Origin: Euryarchaeota archaeon UBA103
GTDB lineage: Archaea; Thermoplasmatota; Poseidoniia; Poseidoniales; Thalassarchaeaceae
NCBI GenBank assembly: GCA_002506825.1
Contig: DAYH01000031.1
Span: forward strand, 84,049 to 148,048
Length of the DNA: 64,000 nt
Direction of reading: 5' to 3'
Under the pieces are notes generated by a model. That model was not told the DNA's origin. It saw nothing but the letters and a program-made list of their open reading frames with translations, and searched no databases. The position numbers and the translations under genes were made by a program. Below are positions 18,684-27,875 of the stretch, piece after piece (within the stretch, counting starts at the first letter, position 1; each line of letters opens with the position of its first letter).

Positions 18684-19856
18684 TTAGTGCATGATTGCCC
18701 AACCTTTGAGCCCCAAGAAAGTTGCCATTGATTCGTGAACCTCGAACAAATCTCCAGAAGAACCGGAAACCTCCTGTCCTGATATCCTAGTAGTCACATC
18801 ATCTACGATTAACTCAACTTTACAACTATTCTGAGTACTAAAAACAGAAGATTCTGACATAGCGTCAAATGAGTTGCTCCTTCCAGGCTCCAGTCTAGAA
18901 AGAGGGAACTCGGTAACTCTCAATCCAGATTTACCATGTAGGCTTCCAATCCATCTGATTACCCTCTTGACATCGACTGTAACATTTTCATCAGTCTCTC
19001 CAACAGCTAGTGGGGCCCCTTTCACTAGTTCCCAAAAGGCCTCATTGAGTCTTTTAGTTGTGAAAACAAGTCTGGCATTATCCTCTCTTAATCTATCTAT
19101 TCTGCCTCCGGCGATTGATTCGGATGCTAATTTCTTAATCTGATCCTTGGAACAAGAAAAATTTCTAGATTTCAAACTAGAATGTAACTCATTTATTGAT
19201 TCGGTGGAGTTTTCACCGGTAGAGATATTTGCAAGGGAGTTCACTACTTTATCGAAACCGAGATCAATTCTCTCAGACCATCCGATATTTGGACCGGACA
19301 TTACTGATTGAACGTCTATTCCTACACCCGTGATATAATTCACTAGTTCCCTCCTAGCATTAGAATCTAGATGCATTAGAGATGGGTCCCTGACATGGAT
19401 GTGGAAACCTCTATGCCCAGAGAATGTTGTCTGCACATACTTTTCATCAAATCCGAACTCAGGCTCAAGGAAGTCTGACCATAGGCTCCAAGCCTGTTCC
19501 TGAATTTTCTCCATCATTCCAGGAAAGTCATTATCGGAAACGCCGGGCAGATGATCCCCGTCCAAATCAAAAATCAAATCTGCACCTAACCAACCCTTCT
19601 CCATCATTTTTCTTTGACTAGGGTCGTTGTAATATGCAGTGCTGTGGAAGCATGAATGGGGCGATCTTGTTTGCAGATACCTGAGTAAATCATCTTTAGT
19701 TGGTAACGCTCGATGCCTATCTGGGGGTTTGGACCCCCATGGGATGAACATCCATTCTCTAGAGCGAAGTCTCGGTGGCGTCCATAAATCACTAGTGGAT
19801 AAGGAACGATAGTAGTCCCCAAATCTAAGTGCGTACCTACTCCATCCAACGGCCAC
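18684..19856 (-). CDS. priS: DNA primase small (catalytic) subunit
   Basis: REW, STAYY, GADLIFDLD, FSGHRGFHIH and DENVTVDVKRVIRWIGSLHGKSG motifs. Confidence 0.95.
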   Translation of the reverse strand: MAVGWSRYALRFGDYYRSLSTSDLWTPPRLRSREWMFIPWGSKPPDRHRALPTKDDLLRYLQTRSPHSCFHSTAYYNDPSQRKMMEKGWLGADLIFDLDGDHLPGVSDNDFPGMMEKIQEQAWSLWSDFLEPEFGFDEKYVQTTFSGHRGFHIHVRDPSLMHLDSNARRELVNYITGVGIDVQSVMSGPNIGWSERIDLGFDKVVNSLANISTGENSTESINELHSSLKSRNFSCSKDQIKKLASESIAGGRIDRLREDNARLVFTTKRLNEAFWELVKGAPLAVGETDENVTVDVKRVIRWIGSLHGKSGLRVTEFPLSRLEPGRSNSFDAMSESSVFSTQNSCKVELIVDDVTTRISGQEVSGSSGDLFEVHESMATFLGLKGWAIMH

Positions 19857-19893
19857 GTTACCTAGGGGAGACTGTTATTCAAGAAGGTGCCCA

Positions 19894-20091
19894 TCATTCC
19901 AAGGGAAGCTTGGAGGGGACTTCGCGTGAATCGGTAGCTGAACCCTGACCGATTAATTCGACATATGCCTCATAGCAGACATATTTGTCATCTACAACTA
20001 TAGCTTCTGCAAAAGTGATTGGCTTTCCGGTTACAGAGCAAATTGGACCAAGTTGGCCAGTGGCTATGGATAGCTTATCGGGATCAGGCAT
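19894..20091 (-). CDS. Small hypothetical protein
   Basis: 65 aa ATG-started ORF filling the gap upstream of priS; CSVTG...VCYEAY treble-clef-like pattern. Confidence 0.65.
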   Translation of the reverse strand: MPDPDKLSIATGQLGPICSVTGKPITFAEAIVVDDKYVCYEAYVELIGQGSATDSREVPSKLPLE

Positions 20092-20179
20092 GATTGTACG
20101 TTAAGGTGGTGATTATTCACTCTTGCTACAGAGAGTTTTGACACGGAGGAATTTTGAATCGGCTTGCATGCGACGGCAC

Positions 20180-21037
20180 ATGAGTGATACGCCCCCGTAC
20201 AAGGTTGGACATTCCCCGGACCCCGATGATGCATTCATGTTTCATGCCATGACAACGGGTGCAATAGATACTGGCGGTAGGAAATATGAACACGTTCTAC
20301 TTGATATTGAGACGCTAAACAAGCATGCCATGAATGGGGATTACGAGGTTTCTGCAGTCAGTATACACTCATTTCCAGATATTTCTGATAATTATCACTT
20401 AATGAATTGCGGCGCTTCTATGGGAGAGGGTTATGGGCCAATGATAATTTCCAGAGAAGATATGACTATTGAAGAAGCAAAGAGCAAAGTTTTCGCCATA
20501 CCTGGTATTGGAACAAGCGCATACCTGTCTCTAAGATTAGCTCTGGGAGATGTTGAGTATCGAGTCGTGCCATTTGACGAAATTATGCCATCCGTGAAAA
20601 GGGGTGATTATGACGTAGGAGTAATAATTCATGAAGGTCAACTAACATGGAAAGACGAAGGGGTTAATCTTGTATTAGATCTGGGAATTTGGTGGAACGA
20701 AAAGACAGGTTTGCCATTGCCATTGGGTGGCAATGTAGTAAGGAAAGATCTCGGGATAGATATGTGTCAAAAAATCACTGAAGATGTGAAAAATAGCATT
20801 GAGCACTCCCTCTCAAATCCCAAAGATGCATTAAAATTCGCTAAAAAATGGGGCAGAGGGATAGATGACGATACAAATGAAGAGTTTGTCGGAATGTACG
20901 TGAATGATAGGACTCTTGATTATGGGGAGGATGGAAGGGACGCTATTCGATTATTCCTCAGGAAGGGGCAGGAGATTGGTATGGTTAGATCAGATTTGGA
21001 CGTAGACTCGATTGTTTTTGTTGGTTCGGGTGAATGA
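20180..21037 (+). CDS. mqnD: 1,4-dihydroxy-6-naphthoate synthase
   Basis: GHSPDPDDAFMF, DIETLN, GEGYGP, IIHEGQ, LPLPLGG and MYVN motifs; ATG at 20180. Confidence 0.92.
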   Translation: MSDTPPYKVGHSPDPDDAFMFHAMTTGAIDTGGRKYEHVLLDIETLNKHAMNGDYEVSAVSIHSFPDISDNYHLMNCGASMGEGYGPMIISREDMTIEEAKSKVFAIPGIGTSAYLSLRLALGDVEYRVVPFDEIMPSVKRGDYDVGVIIHEGQLTWKDEGVNLVLDLGIWWNEKTGLPLPLGGNVVRKDLGIDMCQKITEDVKNSIEHSLSNPKDALKFAKKWGRGIDDDTNEEFVGMYVNDRTLDYGEDGRDAIRLFLRKGQEIGMVRSDLDVDSIVFVGSGE

Positions 21038-21038
21038 G

Positions 21039-21518
21039 ATGAATGAAAAGAGGCCCGAAGTTAGTGAGTTTGATTCTGTTGATCCGGCACCTCCGAGTTC
21101 AATCATTGATGTCTCCAAACTTAGAGTCACAATATGTGATGAAGAGGAGAAGATGTTTCAGAGGATGAGGGCATTATTCGCACTCAGAAATATTGGAGGA
21201 AGAGATTCCGTTGAAGCCTTAGCGGCTGCCTTTTCATCATCATCTGCACTGTTGAAGCACGAAATAGCATATGTCATGGGGCAAATGCAAGATTCTGCTG
21301 CGGTACCGTTTTTGATAGATAGGTTGGAAGACTATGACGAGGATGTCATGGTAAGGCACGAAGCCGCAGAGGCACTAGGAGCGATAGGAGATAGGGCGGC
21401 TCTAGGAGTCCTAGAGAGGTTCAAAGATGACAAAGATGTTGTTGTTGCAGAGTCATGCGAAGTTGCGCTAGATCTTCTCGAATGGGTGTCTAGTAAAAAG
21501 CTGAATTATACTGAGTGA
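21039..21518 (+). CDS. HEAT-repeat protein; half-size deoxyhypusine hydroxylase (DOHH) homolog
   Basis: SVDPAPP, RALFALRNIGG, SALLKHEIAYVMGQMQ, MVRHEAAEALGAIG and ESCEVALD match one dyad of eukaryotic DOHH (comparison from recalled sequence). Confidence 0.8.
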   Translation: MNEKRPEVSEFDSVDPAPPSSIIDVSKLRVTICDEEEKMFQRMRALFALRNIGGRDSVEALAAAFSSSSALLKHEIAYVMGQMQDSAAVPFLIDRLEDYDEDVMVRHEAAEALGAIGDRAALGVLERFKDDKDVVVAESCEVALDLLEWVSSKKLNYTE

Positions 21519-22309
21519 GGATTGAGCCATACTGGAGGCTCGACCATTCCACAGGCTTCTTCTAGGAATAATAAGAGTCCATCGATATCATCTTGAGACA
21601 TTCTATTTCTTACTTCAGATCTAAAATAGTCTGCGACCCTGTCTTCTGGAAATCCAAGTTTTTTAGCAGTTCGGGATATTACTGAAGACCTCCAGATTTG
21701 ATCGTTTTCAAACAGTTCTACTTGCTTTATCATTTCAGAATGTGCACGCCTTAAGATGTCCTTAGAAGAGTCCCTTCTAGCTACAAATACTCCAAACACC
21801 ATTGGGAGTCCGGTTACTTTAGTCCATTCAGCCCCTAGATCCATTCTCACAAGCTCTGGATGGGAAATAGAAGCTAGAATAGCTCTATCTCCGATGAGGA
21901 GGGCTCCATCACATTTTTCCAACATAGAATTTATGTCTGGTCCGGTCTCGATGAACTTAGGATCTAACCCACGATTCTTGACTATCCAACTTAGTAATAC
22001 CTTGGAAGTTGATGAGTCTGTAGGTAGTGCGATGTCCCTCATATTTTCTATAGGTCGGTTTCCAAATAACAGAACGGAGCCAACCTTTCCATTACTAACA
22101 ATGCCAATATCTGGGAGTAGCATTAGTTCATCACTGTTGGATGCATAGTCGGCAGAGGGAATTGGAGCGGCTATACAGTCCCTCCTCATTATGTGACCAG
22201 TTAACCACGCAGGAGGAGCTGATAGTATAGTCCATTTGGGATCTATGCCATCGAAAATAGGATCACAATTAGAAAATGATACCCGGCCAATTACGTCCAT
22301 CCAGCTCAT
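21506..22309 (-). CDS. mqnA: Chorismate dehydratase
   Basis: GRVSFSNCDP, VGSVLL, SSTS, LLIGDRA and DLGAEW..TGLPMVFGV motifs; next to mqnE. Confidence 0.9.
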   Translation of the reverse strand: MSWMDVIGRVSFSNCDPIFDGIDPKWTILSAPPAWLTGHIMRRDCIAAPIPSADYASNSDELMLLPDIGIVSNGKVGSVLLFGNRPIENMRDIALPTDSSTSKVLLSWIVKNRGLDPKFIETGPDINSMLEKCDGALLIGDRAILASISHPELVRMDLGAEWTKVTGLPMVFGVFVARRDSSKDILRRAHSEMIKQVELFENDQIWRSSVISRTAKKLGFPEDRVADYFRSEVRNRMSQDDIDGLLLFLEEACGMVEPPVWLNPHSV

Positions 22310-23524
22310 CTAGGAAACCTCGGGGACGATGACTGGGAGAATACGAGATCTACTTGATTCTGAAATATTGACTATTTCAAATACTGAGTAAGATGAGTTT
22401 CTCTTTACGGGGGTGGCACCAGCAGAAATAATCATTCTAGCCATTTGCTCGGAGCTAGTAGTGAGACTTGTCTTACTGCCTGCTTCATGCATTATTTCTT
22501 CATGTCCAACTGTACCATCAACATCATCCGCACCACAGTTAATGGCGTATGAGGCCAACTTATCTCCAATATTCATTCTGTATGCCTTAATGTGAGGAAT
22601 ATTATCCAACATAAGCCTGGATACTGAAATCATGCGAATTACCTCTTGGCCGGTGGCGAGCTGTGCTTCTGGGAGTCTGGACTTATCGGGTAAGAAAGGG
22701 TATGGGACAAAACACTGAAATCCAGATGATTTGTCTTGTTGCTCTCTGAGCCTCAATAAATGATTGATCCTATCATCCACAGATTCAACCGTACCGAATA
22801 ACATTGTACAGTTTGTAGAGATTCCCAATGAATGGGCGGCATCATGAATTTCTAGATACTCATCTGAAGATTCTTTTCCCATGCAGATACGATCCCTGAC
22901 GCTATCGACCAGAATCTCTGCACCACCGCCCGGAAGTGAGTTGAGCCCAGCCTCAGAGAGTCTAGAAAGCGTATCCGAGATGGAAAGAGAAGACCTAGAT
23001 GAAAGATGCTTTATCTCTACTGCAGTGAGGGCTTTAATGTGGATATGCGGATATTCATTTTTCAGATTTGAGAATAGTTCGCAATACTCAGAGACAGTCC
23101 ATTTAGGGTGTAAACCACCTACTGTATGGACTTCATCGATTCTTGATGAGAATGGCCTGATTCTCTCTAGGTATTCGTCAACATTCAGGGAATAAGCATC
23201 TGGATGCCTCGGACCTTTTCTGAAAGCACAGAATCTACAAGCTAATACACATACATTTGTGGAGTTGACATGAAGATTCTCATTGAAGAATATATAGTCA
23301 TTAAATCTAGCTCTCTTTACCATATCAGCCAATGAGGTGATAGAGTTTAAGCTTGGATTGTGCATCAATTTTACACCTTGTTCGAAGGTAAGTCGCCCTG
23401 TTGTGATCAGAGTGTTGAGGCAATCTAAAGCTACTAAATTTGATTTAACCGCCAGAGGGATTTCCATCGTTGAAAGCCTATTTCTCCAGTTCGAATGAGA
23501 AACTGCGGTGGCGTCGAGTGGCAT
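22310..23524 (-). CDS. mqnE: Radical SAM enzyme of the CofH/MqnC/MqnE family, most likely aminodeoxyfutalosine synthase
   Basis: CVLACRFC, EVHTVGGLHP, HIKALTAVEI, PGGGAEI, LDNIPHIKAY and I.HEAG motifs favour MqnE over MqnC. Confidence 0.85.
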   Translation of the reverse strand: MPLDATAVSHSNWRNRLSTMEIPLAVKSNLVALDCLNTLITTGRLTFEQGVKLMHNPSLNSITSLADMVKRARFNDYIFFNENLHVNSTNVCVLACRFCAFRKGPRHPDAYSLNVDEYLERIRPFSSRIDEVHTVGGLHPKWTVSEYCELFSNLKNEYPHIHIKALTAVEIKHLSSRSSLSISDTLSRLSEAGLNSLPGGGAEILVDSVRDRICMGKESSDEYLEIHDAAHSLGISTNCTMLFGTVESVDDRINHLLRLREQQDKSSGFQCFVPYPFLPDKSRLPEAQLATGQEVIRMISVSRLMLDNIPHIKAYRMNIGDKLASYAINCGADDVDGTVGHEEIMHEAGSKTSLTTSSEQMARMIISAGATPVKRNSSYSVFEIVNISESSRSRILPVIVPEVS

Positions 23525-23651
23525 TGTAACGTTTGGTGGTCGGGTATCGACATCATAAGAATTCGTCTATCATCATAGAGGACTCCTCCGGAAAGCATCA
23601 TTAGTTAGATTTTCTAGCAGGCATGTGAATTCCGTTAGGCGTACTTCATCG

Positions 23652-24461
23652 ATGGGCATTGTTCAGTTACAGGAGTTGGCTCGTCAGTGCCGACGCCATA
23701 TAGTCAGAATGATTCATTCTGCTGGTGCTGGTCATCCCGGAGGTTCGCTTTCAGCAATTGACCTTTTAGTTGCATTATATGGAAATAAATTACGATTCGA
23801 CGTCGAAAATCCTGAATGGAATGACAGGGACAGATTTGTCATGAGTAAGGGTCACGCAAGTCCGGCGGTTTATTCTATACTCCATGAAGTTGGATTCATT
23901 TCTGAAGCTGATATGATGTCATTCAGAAAAATGGGTTCTGTTTGTCAGGGGCATGTTGACATGAAGTGGACGGATGGAGTTGATTTTTCAGCTGGTAGTT
24001 TGGGTATGGGACTGTCTTTCGGACTTGGTTGTGCCTTGGCCGCGAGAATGGATTCTAGCGATAGAGACATCTGGGTTATGGTAGGAGATGGTGAGATACA
24101 GGAAGGCCAGTTCTGGGAAGCGGCTATGGCCGCAGATTTCCATTCTGCTGGAAGATTGAATTTAATAGTCGATAGGAATAGAATACAGAATGATGATTTC
24201 GTTGAGCTACAAATGGAAGTTGGAAACGTCGCGAATAAGCTTTCATCCTTTGGCTGGGAAGTAATGGAAATTGACGGCCATTCTATGGAAGAAATCGTTT
24301 CTGCCTTGGAGTGGTCTTCGACAAACATTAGTGCGCCAACAGCCATTATTGCACATACGACCAAAGGGAAAGGAGTATCATTCATGGAGGATAACCCGTC
24401 ATTTCACGGGAAGGCGCCGAGTGATGAAGAGTTGGAGATATCATTGGAGGAATTATCATGA
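23652..24461 (+). CDS. Transketolase, N-terminal (TPP-binding) subunit
   Basis: GHPGGSLS, DRFVMSKGH, GSLGMG, GDGEIQEG and TTKGKGV motifs. Confidence 0.93.
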   Translation: MGIVQLQELARQCRRHIVRMIHSAGAGHPGGSLSAIDLLVALYGNKLRFDVENPEWNDRDRFVMSKGHASPAVYSILHEVGFISEADMMSFRKMGSVCQGHVDMKWTDGVDFSAGSLGMGLSFGLGCALAARMDSSDRDIWVMVGDGEIQEGQFWEAAMAADFHSAGRLNLIVDRNRIQNDDFVELQMEVGNVANKLSSFGWEVMEIDGHSMEEIVSALEWSSTNISAPTAIIAHTTKGKGVSFMEDNPSFHGKAPSDEELEISLEELS

Positions 24462-25399
24462 GTGCGCCGTCTGGAGGTGGTGCTTCTCGAGATGGATATG
24501 GATCTGCTCTTTTACGGATGTCGAGTGACTCAAGAGTTGTTGTTCTAGAAGCCGATCTTGGAAAATCAACAAAATCGTGTCATTTCAGAGAAGCACACCC
24601 TGACAGGACAATATCTTTGGGAATAGCAGAACAAAATATGATCTTAGTAGCTTCTGGAATGGCCTCGTCTGGTAAAATTCCATTTGCAAGTACATTTGCT
24701 ATATTCACTGAGAGAGGTTTCGAACAAGTTAGGAATGGGGTTGCGAGGCCCGGTTTGGTTGTTCATTTGTGTGGAAGTCATGGAGGAGTACATACTGGCA
24801 CTGATGGAAGTAGCGCACAATCGATAGAAGATTTAGCTCTTTATCGGACCATTCCGGGTATGACTGTGATGCATCCATGCGATGATCTTTCAGCCGAAGA
24901 GCTCACTGTACAACTTCTCAATCACGATAAGCCATCCTATACAAGAACTGCTAGGAATAAGACTCCGCGAATGTATGATCAAAAAACCAGTAAAGATTTG
25001 CGAATAGGGAAAGGTTCAGTTCTAAGAAGCGGAGACGATGTCGCAATTATTTCATGCGGTGTGATGGTCTCTGAATCCATGAAGGCCGCTGAATATCTAT
25101 CATCTAATGGCATTGAGGCCACAGTAGTAGATATGCATACAATCAAACCACTTGACACGAATCTTATTGATGAGTTGGCTAACAAGTGCAAGGGAATTGT
25201 AACAGCAGAGGATCATTCAGTCATAGGGGGATTGGGAGCGGCAATTGCAGAGCATATCTCATACAGCGGAGGAGTACCTCTGAGAATGGTTGGAGTTTCG
25301 GATAGATTCGGAGAGAGTGGGACTCCCCGAGAGCTGATGGAAATCATGGGTTTGACCTACATGGACATAGTCGGTTCGTGTGAGTCACTAATGTCCTGA
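24458..25399 (+). CDS. Transketolase, C-terminal subunit
   Basis: GIAEQNM, DGSSAQ, TIKPLD, TAEDH and DRFGESG motifs; ATGA overlap with the N-terminal subunit gene. Confidence 0.93.
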   Translation: MSAPSGGGASRDGYGSALLRMSSDSRVVVLEADLGKSTKSCHFREAHPDRTISLGIAEQNMILVASGMASSGKIPFASTFAIFTERGFEQVRNGVARPGLVVHLCGSHGGVHTGTDGSSAQSIEDLALYRTIPGMTVMHPCDDLSAEELTVQLLNHDKPSYTRTARNKTPRMYDQKTSKDLRIGKGSVLRSGDDVAIISCGVMVSESMKAAEYLSSNGIEATVVDMHTIKPLDTNLIDELANKCKGIVTAEDHSVIGGLGAAIAEHISYSGGVPLRMVGVSDRFGESGTPRELMEIMGLTYMDIVGSCESLMS

Positions 25400-25446
25400 A
25401 TTACGGGTAATTTCAGTATGACTGGGGTTTCATTCATGAAGTATCT

Positions 25447-26310
25447 ATGGGACCGCTCGTCATGGATGCCTCTGAGAGGATAAAAGGAGTCCTGGATGGT
25501 TCGATACATCCTTCTGAAATCAGTGGTGATGAAGAGCTCTACTACATGGCAGAAAGAATCTACGGCAGAGATGCATTAGAGAAGATGGGAGTAGAACCCC
25601 CAGTAACTCCACACGAGCTTGGGGCTATTTCACCTAATGGAAATGGCGGAGTTGAGATTCCTAAACCTGATGGTCGCGCGACCATAGATGATAGCCAGAA
25701 AACCGATGAGAAGGGGAGGAGGGTATTGATACCTCTGATTATGTTTCTGTGCCTGATTATTTCTTCATATAACGTGTCTCTAGGATTGGGTTCTGTAATT
25801 ACAAGGTGTGTTGAGGATGAACCTGCCCAGGAATTAGAAATGGAGTCTTCTTCTCATATTAACGAAAATAGTACACTGTATGTTGTTTGGAACATGTATG
25901 GCCTGAATAACTATTCAGAGTATAGACTAGAATGGAGTGTATCGCAGAATGGCTCTAGTGACGTTATTGAGACAGGAAATACTACATGGAACTCCTCTGA
26001 ATCTGCTAGGATAAACTCTCGGAATTGGATTATCGAAAGCCCTCCTTACTCCTACTTGTCGACATTGTATGAAGATGATGTTATTGTGTCATACTCTAAT
26101 GGCTCGGGGGAACAGGTAATTACCGTACTTTCCGATAACACTGAACAGAGTACTTACTGTGAAGATAATACAAGACTGATCTGGACTGAATACTCGGATT
26201 TAGAGAGTAAAGATGCTTGGGGAGAGGCCGGAACTGGGGACATAATCGATGGTGCATTGATAATGATGTTCGCAGGTCTGATGATAATTTCTGCTAGAAA
26301 AAGGACCTAG
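25447..26310 (+). CDS. Hypothetical membrane-anchored protein with extracellular domain
   Basis: Two hydrophobic segments flanking an acidic Ser/Thr/Asn-rich domain; basic C-terminus RKRT. Confidence 0.72.
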   Translation: MGPLVMDASERIKGVLDGSIHPSEISGDEELYYMAERIYGRDALEKMGVEPPVTPHELGAISPNGNGGVEIPKPDGRATIDDSQKTDEKGRRVLIPLIMFLCLIISSYNVSLGLGSVITRCVEDEPAQELEMESSSHINENSTLYVVWNMYGLNNYSEYRLEWSVSQNGSSDVIETGNTTWNSSESARINSRNWIIESPPYSYLSTLYEDDVIVSYSNGSGEQVITVLSDNTEQSTYCEDNTRLIWTEYSDLESKDAWGEAGTGDIIDGALIMMFAGLMIISARKRT

Positions 26311-27827
26311 TACATTCTAGCCAAATGATGCTTATTTGTGGTTGGAATTCCAGTAATAATACATTTTCTTGGCTCTGGATAATTTTCAACACATTCGCCG
26401 AGCATGGTGAGTCCAGAAAGTTTCTCTAAGGCCTCGGCATCAGAGTCATTTCCACAGAAAGGAAATGAGTAGACTGTACCATCGGATAGGGGTGAAGAGA
26501 ACTGATAATCACTACCTGAAGAGATGATGTCTGGTAGTTCTAAGACAAGACTGGAGAATACGTTATTCGCCCTGTACCTAAGCTCATCGGCTACTGACTT
26601 CAATGCGGCAGATACAGTATCCTCAAGAGTTTCTAGCTTGACATCATACTTCTTACCGGTCCTCTCAGTAATGACACAGTTTCCTGAGTCGATATCTCGT
26701 GGACCGAGTTCCAGCCTAATAGGCGCCCCCTTAATCTCCCAATCAAAATGTTTCACGCCTGGCCTGACATCTCTATCATCCAAATAAGTTCTAATTCCTA
26801 GTTTACTGAGTCGATCTTTAATTGTTGAAATCTCACTCATTACGTCTTCACGTACATGTGCAGCGATAGGCAGGAGGATTACCTGAAATGGAGCTATTGC
26901 AGGGGGCATGATTAGTCCTTGGTCATCTCCATGCATCCCAACTACAGAACCCAATAATCTCTCAGACATCCCAAATGTAGTCTGATGGCAGAATTTAGTT
27001 TCACCATGTGGATCTTCATACTTCAAATCAAAGGCTTTGGCCCACTGATCTCGATAATGGTGGTAAGTAGCCACCTGCAACGTCCTGCCATTGGGCATTA
27101 CAACATCGGCGGCCATCGTATACCAAGCCCCAGGAAAAGTATCCCATATGGGTCTCTTAGAAACTAGATTGGGGAGGCAGAGGTCATGTAGGATAGCCTG
27201 TACCATATTAGCATCCTCAGAAATTTGATCTGTTGCGCCTTTCTCATCTGAGTGGACGGTATGGGCCTCGAAGAAGTGAATTTCTCTAACTCTAATGAAA
27301 GACCTGGTCTGCTTGGTCTCATAGCGGAAGGTATTAACAATCTGGAATGTCTTTAGAGGAAGATCCGTATGGCTCCTGACCCATAGTGAGAACATTGTAT
27401 ACATGGGAGTCTCTGAAGTTGGTCTGAGAAACATAGGGGAGTCAAGCTCATTTTCACCACCATGTGTGACCCAGTATACCTCTTTCTTGAAGCCAGAGTC
27501 TACATCTTCCATTCTCAGTTCGGAAGGGTCAACTCCCGCCTCCCTGGCCGCCTTTAATCTAGAAACTAGTTTATTCTCCTTATCTAACAAATTTTCCGGT
27601 ACAAGCAGGGGGAATCTATGTTCATGATGATTAGTTACTGACATTTGGTCCCTAGCAAGAGTGTCAATGAGGGACATTGCCTTCAGGCCGTATGGCTTCC
27701 ATACGTCCATTCCCTTTATTGGATATCTTTTGTCCACTAGATCGGCAATCTCTACAATGGAGGGGTACCATGAGTTGAATTCAGACTTTGGAGGTATTCC
27801 CCTCTTAGCCTTCTTTGGGTCGCCCAT
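26307..27827 (-). CDS. proS: Proline--tRNA ligase (archaeal/eukaryotic type)
   Basis: LRPTSET, FRYETKQTR, GMSER, HGDDQGL and the C-terminal ARMY motif. Confidence 0.96.
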   Translation of the reverse strand: MGDPKKAKRGIPPKSEFNSWYPSIVEIADLVDKRYPIKGMDVWKPYGLKAMSLIDTLARDQMSVTNHHEHRFPLLVPENLLDKENKLVSRLKAAREAGVDPSELRMEDVDSGFKKEVYWVTHGGENELDSPMFLRPTSETPMYTMFSLWVRSHTDLPLKTFQIVNTFRYETKQTRSFIRVREIHFFEAHTVHSDEKGATDQISEDANMVQAILHDLCLPNLVSKRPIWDTFPGAWYTMAADVVMPNGRTLQVATYHHYRDQWAKAFDLKYEDPHGETKFCHQTTFGMSERLLGSVVGMHGDDQGLIMPPAIAPFQVILLPIAAHVREDVMSEISTIKDRLSKLGIRTYLDDRDVRPGVKHFDWEIKGAPIRLELGPRDIDSGNCVITERTGKKYDVKLETLEDTVSAALKSVADELRYRANNVFSSLVLELPDIISSGSDYQFSSPLSDGTVYSFPFCGNDSDAEALEKLSGLTMLGECVENYPEPRKCIITGIPTTNKHHLARMY

Positions 27828-27875
27828 GTATCGCCGTGTGCGAGACTGGTTTGAATAATTCGTATCATAGAGCTC

